A stretch of DNA of 32,000 bases from Vulcanisaeta distributa DSM 14429 (GCF_000148385.1 NC_014537.1:2342138-2374137), one strand, 5' to 3'. Shown: positions 15,450 to 24,789, numbered from the stretch's first letter. The notes: a model not told the origin generated them from the sequence alone. A program made the numbers and translations.

Positions 15450-17333
15450 TTAGTGGGTTAGTCCAAGGCCCGCGTCAAGCGTTTCCTTAAACCTCCTCCA
15501 CCAATTAATGTAGTCCTCGTAATCCTCAAACCTCCACTCCCTAGAACCAACCTCCCTAGCCATTGTTGAGACCACGTCCCTAGCCCTCTCACCCTCCCAC
15601 GGTTTGGGCTCTGCGTTAGCCTTCCTGGAGTACTCAACGATCTCCCTATAGATGTCCTTATTGGGCGGCATACCCGTTACCTCAAGGTATAGCTTATCAA
15701 GGACGGGCTCGGCCCACCCCCTATGGAATCTACAAAGCCCTGCATCATCAATTAATGCCTCGGCAATGGCCCTACTAAGCGATGACTTTGCGAAGTCCTC
15801 GGGACCCATGAATGTTGGTGTGTAATTTGTCCAGTACCTGCCGAGTACGTACATTGGGGCAACCATGCCGGGGGCCCAGTATAGGTTTGGCGTCATGTAG
15901 CCATCATTCCCATAGACTACGTAAACCACCAAGTCCTTAAAGGACTTACCAACCCTTAAGACCCTGTCATGAAACATCTCATCAAGCTTCCTCGCGGCGA
16001 CCCTAATCCCATTCTCAGCAATTATCCTAAGCACCTCACTGGACTTCTCAACGAAGCCCTTAATAACCTCCCTAGCCAGCCTCGCATTCCTCCCTGAGTC
16101 AACCTCTGGGTTAAACCTCATTGGATCAAACACGGGCTTATCACTAAGTCCAGCCTCCTCAGGCCTCAGCAATCCATGTTCAATTGAATCAAAGACCCAG
16201 GCAACCACATGCCCCATCTCGATTGCGTCAAGGCCGTACTGATCAATTAAATCAACGAGTGGCACAGCCTCCTCAAATACGTAATTACCGATGAATGGGC
16301 CCATGGCGTGGAACGGCTCATAATCCACCTTCTTACCGCGCCAAACCTTCTTACAAACAACTGAGCAACCGAAGTCACCACAGTTATACCAGCTCTTACT
16401 CTTAACAAAGACCTCGTCATTAAAGGGCTTCCAGAAAAGCCTCAGTATTGCCTCCACGTGTTGAATCCTCACCTCCCTGGGCAGGTATATGGATTTATAG
16501 CCAAAGAGCGGCAGCAACTCGCGGTAATGCGGGTAGTTAACGCCGAAGGTACCTCCAGTACCCATGCTCGGGTCAAACCTATACTTAATGGTCTTCTCAT
16601 CCATAACCTGCCTAAAGGGCTTCTTGAAGGACTCAATCATTACCTTATTAATGAACTCCATGTCATTGACCCTGGCGTACCTCGCCTTATACGTACCGCC
16701 AGCCACGATACCAACCACGTTGTGGCCCATGGCAAGGGCTGTGCCAGGACCACCCCTGGCGGCGAAGTCCTCAGCGCCAGGCCTAAACTCACCCTTCACC
16801 GGGTTAACATCGATAGACACCAACGCGCCATTATACGTGCTCAGTGCGGCAGGCCCCACAACCACGGCCCTGGCATTATACTTAACGAAGAAGTCCCTAT
16901 ATGTGTCTAGTAGGTACTTCGTGAAGGCGTAGGCGCCGTGGTAATTACTGTAATCAAAGACTGGGTCGATAGTCTTCAATTCAACACCATCACTCGACAG
17001 GAAGATCACCGTCGGTCTTCTCGCCCTGCCCGTTATCACCACCGCGTCTATGCCCGCCCCCATGAACTTATACGCTGCGCCGCCCAGGGCAGCCACGTGA
17101 AGTGTCCTCGTCATTGGGCTCTTAAATACCGCTATTAATCTGTGGAAGCCCGGCATTCTACCGCCAACGAATGGGCCCATACCAATTACAAACGGCACGC
17201 TTGGGTCAAGTGGGTCCAGGCTCCAGGTCCTTGCCTCATTATGTATCCTAACGCCCAGCGTCACTGGTCCTTGCGCAGCTACATCCTCAACCCTCCAGGA
17301 ATTCGCATTAAGGTCCACTTTAAGTATCTTCAC
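15450..17333 (-). CDS. Aldehyde:ferredoxin oxidoreductase family tungstopterin enzyme
   Basis: At 627 aa it has the AOR N-domain (MKILKVDLN..., GAGIDAVVITG), the Cys cluster region NCGDFGCSVVC, and the distal Cys in DAGLCRFH. Confidence 0.9.
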   Translation of the reverse strand: MKILKVDLNANSWRVEDVAAQGPVTLGVRIHNEARTWSLDPLDPSVPFVIGMGPFVGGRMPGFHRLIAVFKSPMTRTLHVAALGGAAYKFMGAGIDAVVITGRARRPTVIFLSSDGVELKTIDPVFDYSNYHGAYAFTKYLLDTYRDFFVKYNARAVVVGPAALSTYNGALVSIDVNPVKGEFRPGAEDFAARGGPGTALAMGHNVVGIVAGGTYKARYARVNDMEFINKVMIESFKKPFRQVMDEKTIKYRFDPSMGTGGTFGVNYPHYRELLPLFGYKSIYLPREVRIQHVEAILRLFWKPFNDEVFVKSKSWYNCGDFGCSVVCKKVWRGKKVDYEPFHAMGPFIGNYVFEEAVPLVDLIDQYGLDAIEMGHVVAWVFDSIEHGLLRPEEAGLSDKPVFDPMRFNPEVDSGRNARLAREVIKGFVEKSSEVLRIIAENGIRVAARKLDEMFHDRVLRVGKSFKDLVVYVVYGNDGYMTPNLYWAPGMVAPMYVLGRYWTNYTPTFMGPEDFAKSSLSRAIAEALIDDAGLCRFHRGWAEPVLDKLYLEVTGMPPNKDIYREIVEYSRKANAEPKPWEGERARDVVSTMAREVGSREWRFEDYEDYINWWRRFKETLDAGLGLTH

Positions 17334-17464
17334 GCGTATTTCGTCTCCAAACCCAATAATAGGCTTTCTTGAGTAATCTGTGAATAGGTAATACCTACTT
17401 AGTATGGGTATTCAGAGAAATACTTATTAACCCATTACACCCAGTTATACTCAGTAGACCTAGC

Positions 17465-17851
17465 ATGAGGATCAAGGAATTGATTAGGGACGGTGTCATA
17501 TCCTGCAGATCCACCGACCCAATAACCTGTGCTGTCGCGAAAATGTACATGCATAATGTTGGTAGTGTCCTCGTAATTGATGAGGATGAGAAGCCCGTTG
17601 GAATATTTACCGAGAGGGACTTGGTCAGGATTGTGGCTGAGGGTATTAGTCTTGACACGCCATTAATGAAGGTTATGAGCAGGAAACTAATAACTGCGAA
17701 CACCTCTGAATCTGTGATTTCAGCTGCAATGAAGATGATTGAGAACAACATAAGGCATTTACCGGTTGTTGAGGAGGGTAGGGCAGTCGGTATGGTGAGC
17801 ATTAGGGACTTAGTAAGGGCATTAATGGCACAGGAACTATCCTATCCATGA
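17465..17851 (+). CDS. CBS-domain pair protein
   Basis: Has two CBS repeats (VGSVLVIDEDEKPVGIFTERDL and IRHLPVVEEGRAVGMVSIRDL). Confidence 0.85.
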   Translation: MRIKELIRDGVISCRSTDPITCAVAKMYMHNVGSVLVIDEDEKPVGIFTERDLVRIVAEGISLDTPLMKVMSRKLITANTSESVISAAMKMIENNIRHLPVVEEGRAVGMVSIRDLVRALMAQELSYP

Positions 17852-17982
17852 ATTAAATCCTAAACCGAATAATAAAATAACTCCATTGAGGTTAACAATG
17901 ATTCATCACATTCAGGATGGGGTTAATGTTAAGGAAAAGGCATGATAATTTTAAGGAAGGGAGTTAAACGCAACGCACTGCA

Positions 17983-18168
17983 TTACGCAGCCTTATACTT
18001 CCCATCAGTCTTTACTACCTTACCATCCTTTATCAGTCTCGTGAGCTGAGCCTTAACCACGTTAATCCTCTCCTCACCAACTGCCTTGGCGATCTCCTCA
18101 GCGGTGAATTCCTTACCCTTGTTGCTCGTGAGGTAATCAAGTATCTTCTTCTTTATTCCCTCGACCAT
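17983..18168 (-). CDS. Small (61 aa) winged-helix-like DNA-binding protein
   Basis: KKILDYLTSNKGKEFTAEEIAKAVGEERINVVKAQLTRLIKDGKVV fits a helix-turn-helix plus wing pattern. TATA CTTTATAACC lies about 26 nt upstream on the minus strand. Confidence 0.5.
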   Translation of the reverse strand: MVEGIKKKILDYLTSNKGKEFTAEEIAKAVGEERINVVKAQLTRLIKDGKVVKTDGKYKAA

Positions 18169-18454
18169 ACAATGTAAATACTACTTCTTTAGGTTATAAA
18201 GGTATTGCCTTTATGTTTGTGAAGTATCAACCGTAATTTGCCAGGGCAATTAATGATATAATTAAATACACGAGCATTACTAATTCCTGACTTATTCCCT
18301 GAGCAGCATCCTTAGTTCTCCATAATTTCAGCACCTAATTTATTGCCAATTTTAAGAAAATTAACATTATTACTCACCTGTAGAAAGAGTTTCCAATTCT
18401 TAAATTACCATAGGCAACAACCTATTATATTAGTTCCCACATTACCCCTTAGTA

Positions 18455-19471
18455 ATGAGTAGGTTTAGGGCATATTATGATGATGGAATTGTGATTGAAT
18501 ATGAAAATAACCGTTTCATAATCGACCCATTAAGGAAGCCCAGCAGGCCCTTCAGCGCCGTATTAATAACCCATGGGCATAGGGATCACGTAAACCCAAG
18601 GGCTCTTCGTAACGTCTCACCCATAATAATGAGTGGTGAGACCGTCGCCATAATTAGGGCGCGTGATGGTGATTATCTTAGGCATATCGCGGTTAGTCCA
18701 GGGTCTAGGCTCATTATTAATGATGTATTGATTGAATCCTTTAACGCCGGTCATGTTGTTGGTAGTCTATCCTACGTACTTGACTTTGGTGATCTGAGGG
18801 TTGGTGTTACGGGGGACTTTAATGTGGAATCATCAATACTGCTTGATGGCGCCAAGGGGCTTAATGTTGATGTGTTGATAATGGAGGCAACGTATGGTGA
18901 CCCAGACTACGTATTTCCAAGTAGGCATGAGATTTATAATGAGTTAATGGCTATCGCTGAGGATGGCATTAGGGATGGCATTACAGTATTCATGGGTCAA
19001 CCGCTTGGTCGTGGCCAAGAACTCACGGCATTGCTTAAGGATTACCCAATCTATGTGGAGCCCAGTATTAAGGTGATTAACAATGCCCTGGGCCTGAGAC
19101 ATGGTGCCGTGGCTAGTGGCCTACCGCCTGCTGGTTCCGTACTTATCACGGGTGTTCCTAGGGATATTACGCAATTCATTAAGATCCTAAGGAGTAAGTA
19201 TGGGAGTGTTAGGATTACCGCATTAAGTGGTATGTATGCTAAGCAGTCAAGGGTCGCCCGATTAAAGCAGCTTGGCGTGGATGCGATACCACTTAGTAGT
19301 CATGCGGACTTCCCAGGGCTAGTGGACTTCGTACTTAGTAGCGGGGCTGAGTTCGTGTATACTGTTTATGGAAATGCCGCAAAGTTCGCGAAGTACCTGA
19401 GGAATGAGTTAAATATCATGGCTAGACCACTGCCTAGTCATAGCCAGTTAACCATGGATTACTTCCTATGA
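18455..19471 (+). CDS. Metallo-beta-lactamase-fold hydrolase (beta-CASP-like)
   Basis: Has the HxHxDH motif (ITHGHRDHV), later GH and D ligands, and the C-terminal SSHADF histidine motif. Confidence 0.8.
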   Translation: MSRFRAYYDDGIVIEYENNRFIIDPLRKPSRPFSAVLITHGHRDHVNPRALRNVSPIIMSGETVAIIRARDGDYLRHIAVSPGSRLIINDVLIESFNAGHVVGSLSYVLDFGDLRVGVTGDFNVESSILLDGAKGLNVDVLIMEATYGDPDYVFPSRHEIYNELMAIAEDGIRDGITVFMGQPLGRGQELTALLKDYPIYVEPSIKVINNALGLRHGAVASGLPPAGSVLITGVPRDITQFIKILRSKYGSVRITALSGMYAKQSRVARLKQLGVDAIPLSSHADFPGLVDFVLSSGAEFVYTVYGNAAKFAKYLRNELNIMARPLPSHSQLTMDYFL

Positions 19472-19511
19472 CATTATAATGCTTAAATTAATGAATAGTA
19501 CATACACATTA

Positions 19512-20318
19512 ATGAGGTCCATAATAACGTTACTCACGGATTTCGGCTATGAATCCTACTTCGTACCATCAATGAAGGGCGTAATACTCAGCCTAAACCC
19601 CAATGCCGTAATAATCGACATAACCCACGCAATACCTCAATTCAATGTGTATAAGGCGGCCTTCACGCTGTGGGCTTCATATAAGTACTTCCCCAGGGGC
19701 ACGATTCATGTGGTTGTTGTTGATCCGGGGGTTGGTACGTTAAGGAGGGCCATAGCCGTTAAAACGAGGAATTACTACTTCGTCGGGCCTGACAATGGCG
19801 TGTTAATGATGGCTGCGGAGGATGACGGTATAGTCGAGATCAGGGCAATCGAGAATAGGGAGTTCATGAGACCTGTGGTATCGAGTACGTTCCACGGTCG
19901 CGACGTGTTCGCTCCCGTAGCCGCGTATTTAAGCCTTGGACTTGACATATCACTACTGGGGCCTAGGGTTACGGACCCCGTCAGGCTTCAGGGCATTACG
20001 AGTAGGGTTTCCAGGGGCTTTGCTAATTCAGCCATTGTTTACATTGATCACTTCGGTAATGCGTACACGGGCATTAGGGAGGGTGAGCTTAAGATTCTTG
20101 GTCTTGAGTATGGAGATGAGCTGCGCGTTGTGATACCGAGGAGGAATGTTGACCTGAGGGTTAGGTTCCTAAGGAGTTATGGTTATGCCAATGAGGGTGA
20201 GGCATTGGCGCTCATTAATAGTGAGGGCTTCCTCGAACTATCAATAAATAGGGGCAGTTTTGCGCAGAGGTTTGGTGTTGAGGAGGGCGATGAGGTCGAG
20301 ATCTCCGTCATTAAATGA
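19512..20318 (+). CDS. S-adenosyl-L-methionine hydroxide adenosyltransferase (DUF62, fluorinase/chlorinase-like SAM hydrolase)
   Basis: ITLLTDFG...MKGVI...IIDITH...FP.GTIHVVVVDPGVGT.RR.IAV...YFVGPDNGVL is the family signature. The ATG at 19512 fits the upstream TATA. Confidence 0.85.
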   Translation: MRSIITLLTDFGYESYFVPSMKGVILSLNPNAVIIDITHAIPQFNVYKAAFTLWASYKYFPRGTIHVVVVDPGVGTLRRAIAVKTRNYYFVGPDNGVLMMAAEDDGIVEIRAIENREFMRPVVSSTFHGRDVFAPVAAYLSLGLDISLLGPRVTDPVRLQGITSRVSRGFANSAIVYIDHFGNAYTGIREGELKILGLEYGDELRVVIPRRNVDLRVRFLRSYGYANEGEALALINSEGFLELSINRGSFAQRFGVEEGDEVEISVIK

Positions 20319-20862
20319 GCATATTACTTGATGCGTAATTAAGGAGTTCCCTGAAGTTCTTTGTTAGTGTCGCATCATCAACTATGTATTGCCTAGGCAC
20401 CTTACCATTAACTACCTTAACGCCCTCCATCTCCAATAACTTGAATTTAACATTAACATCACCTGCCGAGTAGCCGCCCAATGAACCATCGCTCTTAATA
20501 ACTCTATGGCATGGGACGATCACGGGAAGCCTATTGGCGCTGGCTAGTTTACCAACGGCCCTGGGGCTGGTATTCAGTAACTTGGCTAATTGGGCGTAGG
20601 TGGCGACTCTACCCCTTGGTATTGAGAGCATGGCCACCTGAGCCAATCCAAGGAGGCCTGGGCTCAGTTCTAAGTACTTAATTATCTCCCGTGGCTCCAC
20701 CAACCCCATTATGTACTTGAGTAATACCTCGCTAACATGGCCTACGGTGCTTTCCCGAATTCCATCAACCCCAACCCTAACCTTAACCTCCCGAATCTTA
20801 TCACCATAAATACACACCTCCAGGGCGCCAACATCCTTAAGAAGCAATGTTATGCAACGCAT
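20311..20862 (-). CDS. ogt: O6-alkylguanine-DNA alkyltransferase
   Basis: Has the active-site PCHRV motif (VIVPCHRVIKSDGSLGGYS) and the HTH segment TYAQLAKLL. Confidence 0.9.
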   Translation of the reverse strand: MRCITLLLKDVGALEVCIYGDKIREVKVRVGVDGIRESTVGHVSEVLLKYIMGLVEPREIIKYLELSPGLLGLAQVAMLSIPRGRVATYAQLAKLLNTSPRAVGKLASANRLPVIVPCHRVIKSDGSLGGYSAGDVNVKFKLLEMEGVKVVNGKVPRQYIVDDATLTKNFRELLNYASSNMLI

Positions 20863-20914
20863 TTTAATTTCAATTATTTAGGAGACCTTAAAAACCCTGT
20901 TCTGAGATGCGGCT

Positions 20915-21196
20915 GTGGTTGTTAAGGTTAAGTTGGTTGGTGTTTTGAGGGCATTATCCCTAGGTAAGGAATACATAGAGCTTAATGGCGTTACTACGGT
21001 GAGGGAGGTCATTAATGGGCTTAGGTCAGTAAATGAGAAGTTATTTAAGAGGGTTTTTGACTCATCGAGAGGTGAGTTGGCGCCTGATATCTATGTAGCC
21101 GTTAATGATGTTGACATAAGATTGCTCAAGGGGCTCGATACACCAGTTAGGGACGGCGATGAAGTTTTAATATTGGCCTACATCCACGGTGGTTAG
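20915..21196 (+). CDS. MoaD/ThiS-family beta-grasp (ubiquitin-like) protein ending in Gly-Gly
   Basis: At 93 aa it has the pattern ...VAVNDV...DGDEVLILAYIHGG-stop. GTG start lies about 20 nt after CCTTAAAAACC. Confidence 0.75.
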   Translation: MVVKVKLVGVLRALSLGKEYIELNGVTTVREVINGLRSVNEKLFKRVFDSSRGELAPDIYVAVNDVDIRLLKGLDTPVRDGDEVLILAYIHGG

Positions 21197-21201
21197 CGGT
21201 A

Positions 21202-21723
21202 ATGAGTTACTTAATTAGGTTGAGTAGTGATATTGGTGAATTGAGGATTTGGGTTGCCACGGTAATACTAACGAGACCCATTAACGATGAGATAGTAAGT
21301 AGGATTAAATCGATGGTGAGTGAATGCCCCAATTCGTTGATAACGATCGTGCCAGCCAATAAGGTGTTAAGTCCATGGCACATGATATATCCCGCATACC
21401 TAAGCCTCAGGGATTCCCTAAGGGGCTTTTCGAGGTTTAGGGATCCTGGTCTTGGGGCATTAACCTACATGGTCGGCACAACACAGTTAAAGAGGGGGTT
21501 AAGCATTATGAATCCTGTTGGTAATGCTCAATTATCAATCATCATAATGGGCGTGAATGACTGCGTGCGTGAGTTAGTGAGTAAGGTGGTTGATGTACTT
21601 AGGGATTCCATTGAGGATTTAGTGATCGGTGTTGGTTGTCATAAGGCTTACGATGGGCTGTTTAAGTCCATTGATGACTTTATGACTGCGTTAATTAGTA
21701 GGTACATTAGTGAGTTCACGTGA
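21202..21723 (+). CDS. Hypothetical protein, weakly Cgi121-like (KEOPS subunit)
   Basis: Size and the segment ALTYMVGTTQLKRGL resemble the Cgi121 L.Y.SG.RQI..A motif. Starts 5 nt after the MoaD-like stop. The assignment is tentative. Confidence 0.35.
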   Translation: MSYLIRLSSDIGELRIWVATVILTRPINDEIVSRIKSMVSECPNSLITIVPANKVLSPWHMIYPAYLSLRDSLRGFSRFRDPGLGALTYMVGTTQLKRGLSIMNPVGNAQLSIIIMGVNDCVRELVSKVVDVLRDSIEDLVIGVGCHKAYDGLFKSIDDFMTALISRYISEFT

Positions 21724-21778
21724 TTGCGGCAATTCTTGCAGTTAATAATTTATAATTCCGGCGGGGTTCAGGGAGTTA

Positions 21779-22984
21779 ATGGATAGGTTATTCTATACCG
21801 CGAGGGATGAGGAGATAATTAATGGTGAGGCCACGGACATTTACTTCATGAGGATCGTTGAGGTTCTTAAGGCGGCGGGCCTTGATAAGGTTAAGGTTAG
21901 GGCTGAGTTTCACGTGGTTAACCTACCGAGGAATTACAAGTGGGCTGTGTTTGCCGGTTTAAAGGAGGTCGTCAATATCGCAGTGACTAAGGAGTTGCCA
22001 ATAACCATATACGCAATGCCTGAGGGCACGTTGTTCAAGGCTAATGAGCCTATAATGGTTGTTGAGGGTAATTACGTGGACTTCGCCGTCTATGAAACAA
22101 CATTCCTGGGGATACTTAGGCATTATAGTTCAGTGGCCAGTAAGGCTGCTAGGATTAAGAAGTTGGCTGGTAATAAGTCATGCATATTCTTCGGCGCCAG
22201 GGTTGTGCACCCAGCAATACAGCCAATGGTTGATAGGGCATCCTACATAGGTGGTTGTGACGGTGTCGCAGGTGTGATAGGGGCTAGGTTAATAGGCATT
22301 AGGCCAAGTGGTACAATGCCCCATGCATTAATGATCGTGTTTAGGCACGCGAGTGGTGACCACACGCTCGCCTGGGCCTGGTTTGATAAGGTAATGCCCA
22401 GTGACGTGCCGAGGATTGTGCTCGTGGATACGTTCTTTGATGAGCGCGAGGAATCTATGATGGCCGCCAAATTACTTGGGGATAGGCTATACGGCGTTAG
22501 GTTAGATACACCAAGCAGTAGGCGTGGCAATATGGAGGCCATTGCCCGTGAGGTTAGGTGGACCCTGGACCTGGCCGGTTATAGGAATGTGAAGATTCTC
22601 ATTAGTGGTGGTGTTGATGAGGATGATGTGGTTAGGCTCAGGGATGTTGCCGACATGTTTGGCGTTGGTACATCGATAGCCTTCCCACCTAGTGTTGACA
22701 TCAGTATGGACATTGTGGAGGCTTATGACGAGAAGAGTGGGCGTTGGGTGCCGATAACGAAGCGCGGCAAGCTACCTGGCTTTAAGCAGGTCTATAGGTG
22801 CAGGGGTACTTTAGATGACCAGGTGGTTCCGTGGGGCGTGGAACCGGCGCCATGCCCAGACGGCTCTAAGCCCGTGCCTTTACTCAGGAAGTTTGTTGAT
22901 AATGGGAGAGCCGTCGAGTCAATACCCAGCGATCAGGAGATTAGGAATTACGTACTTGAGCAGTTAAAGTATGCCGAGATCTAG
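21779..22984 (+). CDS. Nicotinate phosphoribosyltransferase (archaeal type)
   Basis: The N-terminal TDIYF, internal GTMPHA and VRLD(T)PS motifs, and the roughly 400-aa length fit the family. Confidence 0.85.
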   Translation: MDRLFYTARDEEIINGEATDIYFMRIVEVLKAAGLDKVKVRAEFHVVNLPRNYKWAVFAGLKEVVNIAVTKELPITIYAMPEGTLFKANEPIMVVEGNYVDFAVYETTFLGILRHYSSVASKAARIKKLAGNKSCIFFGARVVHPAIQPMVDRASYIGGCDGVAGVIGARLIGIRPSGTMPHALMIVFRHASGDHTLAWAWFDKVMPSDVPRIVLVDTFFDEREESMMAAKLLGDRLYGVRLDTPSSRRGNMEAIAREVRWTLDLAGYRNVKILISGGVDEDDVVRLRDVADMFGVGTSIAFPPSVDISMDIVEAYDEKSGRWVPITKRGKLPGFKQVYRCRGTLDDQVVPWGVEPAPCPDGSKPVPLLRKFVDNGRAVESIPSDQEIRNYVLEQLKYAEI

Positions 22985-23097
22985 TTGTTGGCATGTATTT
23001 AAGAATTGAAAATAAGTAATGATGCGGGGAATAACGAGGTAATTAATGTGTTAAAGAAAGGGTTATTTTCTATTTTTAAGGAAAATCATTATTAAGC

Positions 23098-23190
23098 TTA
23101 CAATTCCTCCTCCCACTCCTCCTCAAATTCCTCCCACTCTTCCTCCTCCTCACCTTCCCACTCCTCCTCTTCCATGACTAGTTTGTTCAT
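23098..23190 (-). CDS. Candidate micro-ORF encoding a poly-Glu/Trp peptide (30 aa, or 25 aa from the ATG at 23175)
   Basis: MNKLVMEEEEWEGEEEEEWEEFEEEWEEEL-stop. TCTTTTAAG lies about 16-24 nt upstream of the ATG at 23190, and a T-run follows the stop. Too short for the supplied ORF track. Confidence 0.3.
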   Translation of the reverse strand: MNKLVMEEEEWEGEEEEEWEEFEEEWEEEL

Positions 23191-23356
23191 GCTCGATCAT
23201 TGATGACTTAAAAGAATTCTTAAAAAGCATTACCTACCTGCTTAACCCATTATTCATTATCCTCACCTATATTGCCATGCCCATAACCAACCCGCCCCAA
23301 TCCCTAGCACTTTTCGTGAGGTAGGTGTGGTTTATAAATGGTTAAGGTAATGAATA

Positions 23357-23908
23357 GTGGGGTTTAATGTGGATTTCAATTTAGTCGTGTCCACAGGAAG
23401 GAGGTTAGAAGGTAGGTGCGCCGATGAGCTTAAATACATAGGCGACCTGGTCGGTATGAGGATTGCCCAGACATCATTCACTGGATTTGACGGGTTAATA
23501 ACGGGTTACGTTGACGGAGACCCTGTGGAATTCACTAGGAGGTTGAGGGAGCTCGTTAGTAGTGGCCGTTATGTACCTCGCTTCGTACTTAAGGTCGTGC
23601 CTATAATGAGGACTGTGAAGACTGACATTGAGGAGATTAGTAAGGCTGCGGTTGAGTTGGCGAGTAGGTATTTGGGCCCTAACGAGACCTATAAGGTTGA
23701 GGTTAGGAAGAGGGGTGTTGACCTGGATAGGAGGGATGTGATTGATTCAATAGCGTCTAGGATAAGTAATAAGGTTAAGCTTGAGAATCCGGATAAGGTT
23801 ATTCAAGTGGAGATATTCCCATCGAGGACTGGGGTAAGTATTATTAGGGAGGATGATGTTTTCTCGCTCATGAAGATCAATGTAAATACTCAACAAGGTA
23901 ATGCGTAA
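23357..23908 (+). CDS. THUMP-domain protein
   Basis: About 180 aa, with a ferredoxin-like N-half and a C-half ...YKVEVRKRG..D...V...IA..I...V.L.NPD..I.VEI... typical of stand-alone THUMP proteins. GTG start follows GTTTATAAAT. Confidence 0.55.
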   Translation: MGFNVDFNLVVSTGRRLEGRCADELKYIGDLVGMRIAQTSFTGFDGLITGYVDGDPVEFTRRLRELVSSGRYVPRFVLKVVPIMRTVKTDIEEISKAAVELASRYLGPNETYKVEVRKRGVDLDRRDVIDSIASRISNKVKLENPDKVIQVEIFPSRTGVSIIREDDVFSLMKINVNTQQGNA

Positions 23909-23961
23909 TTCATTAATCAATTAACCATAATCCTTTAATTACTCCACGGTACCTCAAGTTG

Positions 23962-24789
23962 ATGGAGGTAACAGTCATTGGAACTGGCAGGATGGGTAGT
24001 GCATTAGTTAGGAGGTTGGCTAGTCAGGGCTTTGATGTTTATGCCTGGAATAGAACTAGGGATAAGTTAAAGAACTTACCTGCCAAGGCAATTGACGACA
24101 TTTCACAGGCTAGGGGAGTTACCTTTATATTCGTCTCTGATGATGAGGCGTTGAACGCCGTTAAGGGCGTTGGCGGTGATGTGATTGTGCTATCAGGTAC
24201 CTACAGTGTTGGTGCCGTTACCGCATTTAACATTAGGTTCACGAGTATGGGCAAGGGATTACTCGCAGCGCCTGTGGTTGGTGGTCCAGGGGATGTTGAG
24301 AATGGCACTGCGATATACCTAGTCGGTGGGCCCGAAGCCACGTACCAAAGGGTTAGGGAGGTATTTGATAAGTTGGGTACCGTGATTAGGTTGCCAACGG
24401 TTGAGTCGGCGATGGCGCTCAAACTAGCCTATAACGCGTTCCTAATAGGCACGATGGCGCTACTCGGTGAGTACGTAGTGCTTGGCAGGACGTACGGCGT
24501 CGATGATGATACACTAAAGGCGCTGTTAACTAAGACCGTGTTTAGGGACGTGGCTGAGAAATACCTCGATAGAATGCTCAGGCCTAAATCACCGCCGTCA
24601 TTCACGCTGGCCCTGGCCGCTAAGGACGTGCATTACGCCGTTAAGTCTGCGGGTGATGCTAAGACACCATTGGTTATTTCCTCAGCCGTTAAGTCACTGT
24701 ATGAGTTGCTGGCTACCCTTGGCTTTGGTAATGAGGATTACGTTAGGGCTGGGCTACTCGAGCTTATTGGCGGTTTAAGGGAAAAATAA
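23962..24789 (+). CDS. NAD(P)-dependent beta-hydroxyacid dehydrogenase (3-hydroxyisobutyrate / 6-phosphogluconate dehydrogenase-like)
   Basis: Has the Rossmann motif VIGTGRMGSALVRRL...WNRT, and the conserved lysine region LAAKDVHYA. Confidence 0.85.
   Translation: MEVTVIGTGRMGSALVRRLASQGFDVYAWNRTRDKLKNLPAKAIDDISQARGVTFIFVSDDEALNAVKGVGGDVIVLSGTYSVGAVTAFNIRFTSMGKGLLAAPVVGGPGDVENGTAIYLVGGPEATYQRVREVFDKLGTVIRLPTVESAMALKLAYNAFLIGTMALLGEYVVLGRTYGVDDDTLKALLTKTVFRDVAEKYLDRMLRPKSPPSFTLALAAKDVHYAVKSAGDAKTPLVISSAVKSLYELLATLGFGNEDYVRAGLLELIGGLREK

Noticed and set aside
16458-17372. Four + strand ORFs antisense to the AOR gene
   Set aside because: They are shadow ORFs within a 627-aa gene with clear family motifs. 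The same logic applies to 9838..10191, 10465..10859, 10991..11374, 12557..12760, 13186..13446, 13827..14282, 22243..22542, 24201..24422, 24857..25240, 26162..26377, 26874..27529, 27919..28116, 29335..29568, 29656..29907, 30196..30573 and 30808..31008.
17379-17391. Palindrome TAGGTA-A-TACCTA in the divergent AOR/CBS intergenic region
   Set aside because: It is only a 6-bp half-site in AT-rich sequence. It could be an operator, but nothing else supports that.
17895-17930. CTGA..GTGATGA..12 nt..CTCA on the minus strand, resembling half of a C/D sRNA
   Set aside because: There is no C box at the required distance upstream and the terminal D box is imperfect (CTCA), so the architecture is incomplete.
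18169-18454. 286-bp AT-rich gap between the divergent winged-helix and MBL genes
   Set aside because: I scanned it for ORFs, C/D boxes and extended structure. I found only a 5-bp stem (TTGCC-agg-GGCAA) and promoter-like TATA elements, consistent with a divergent promoter region.
23101-23175. Roughly 75-nt polypyrimidine-rich tract on the + strand (possible H-DNA/triplex)
   Set aside because: It is not pure pyrimidine. The bias is fully explained by the GAG/GAA/TGG codons of the acidic micro-ORF on the other strand.
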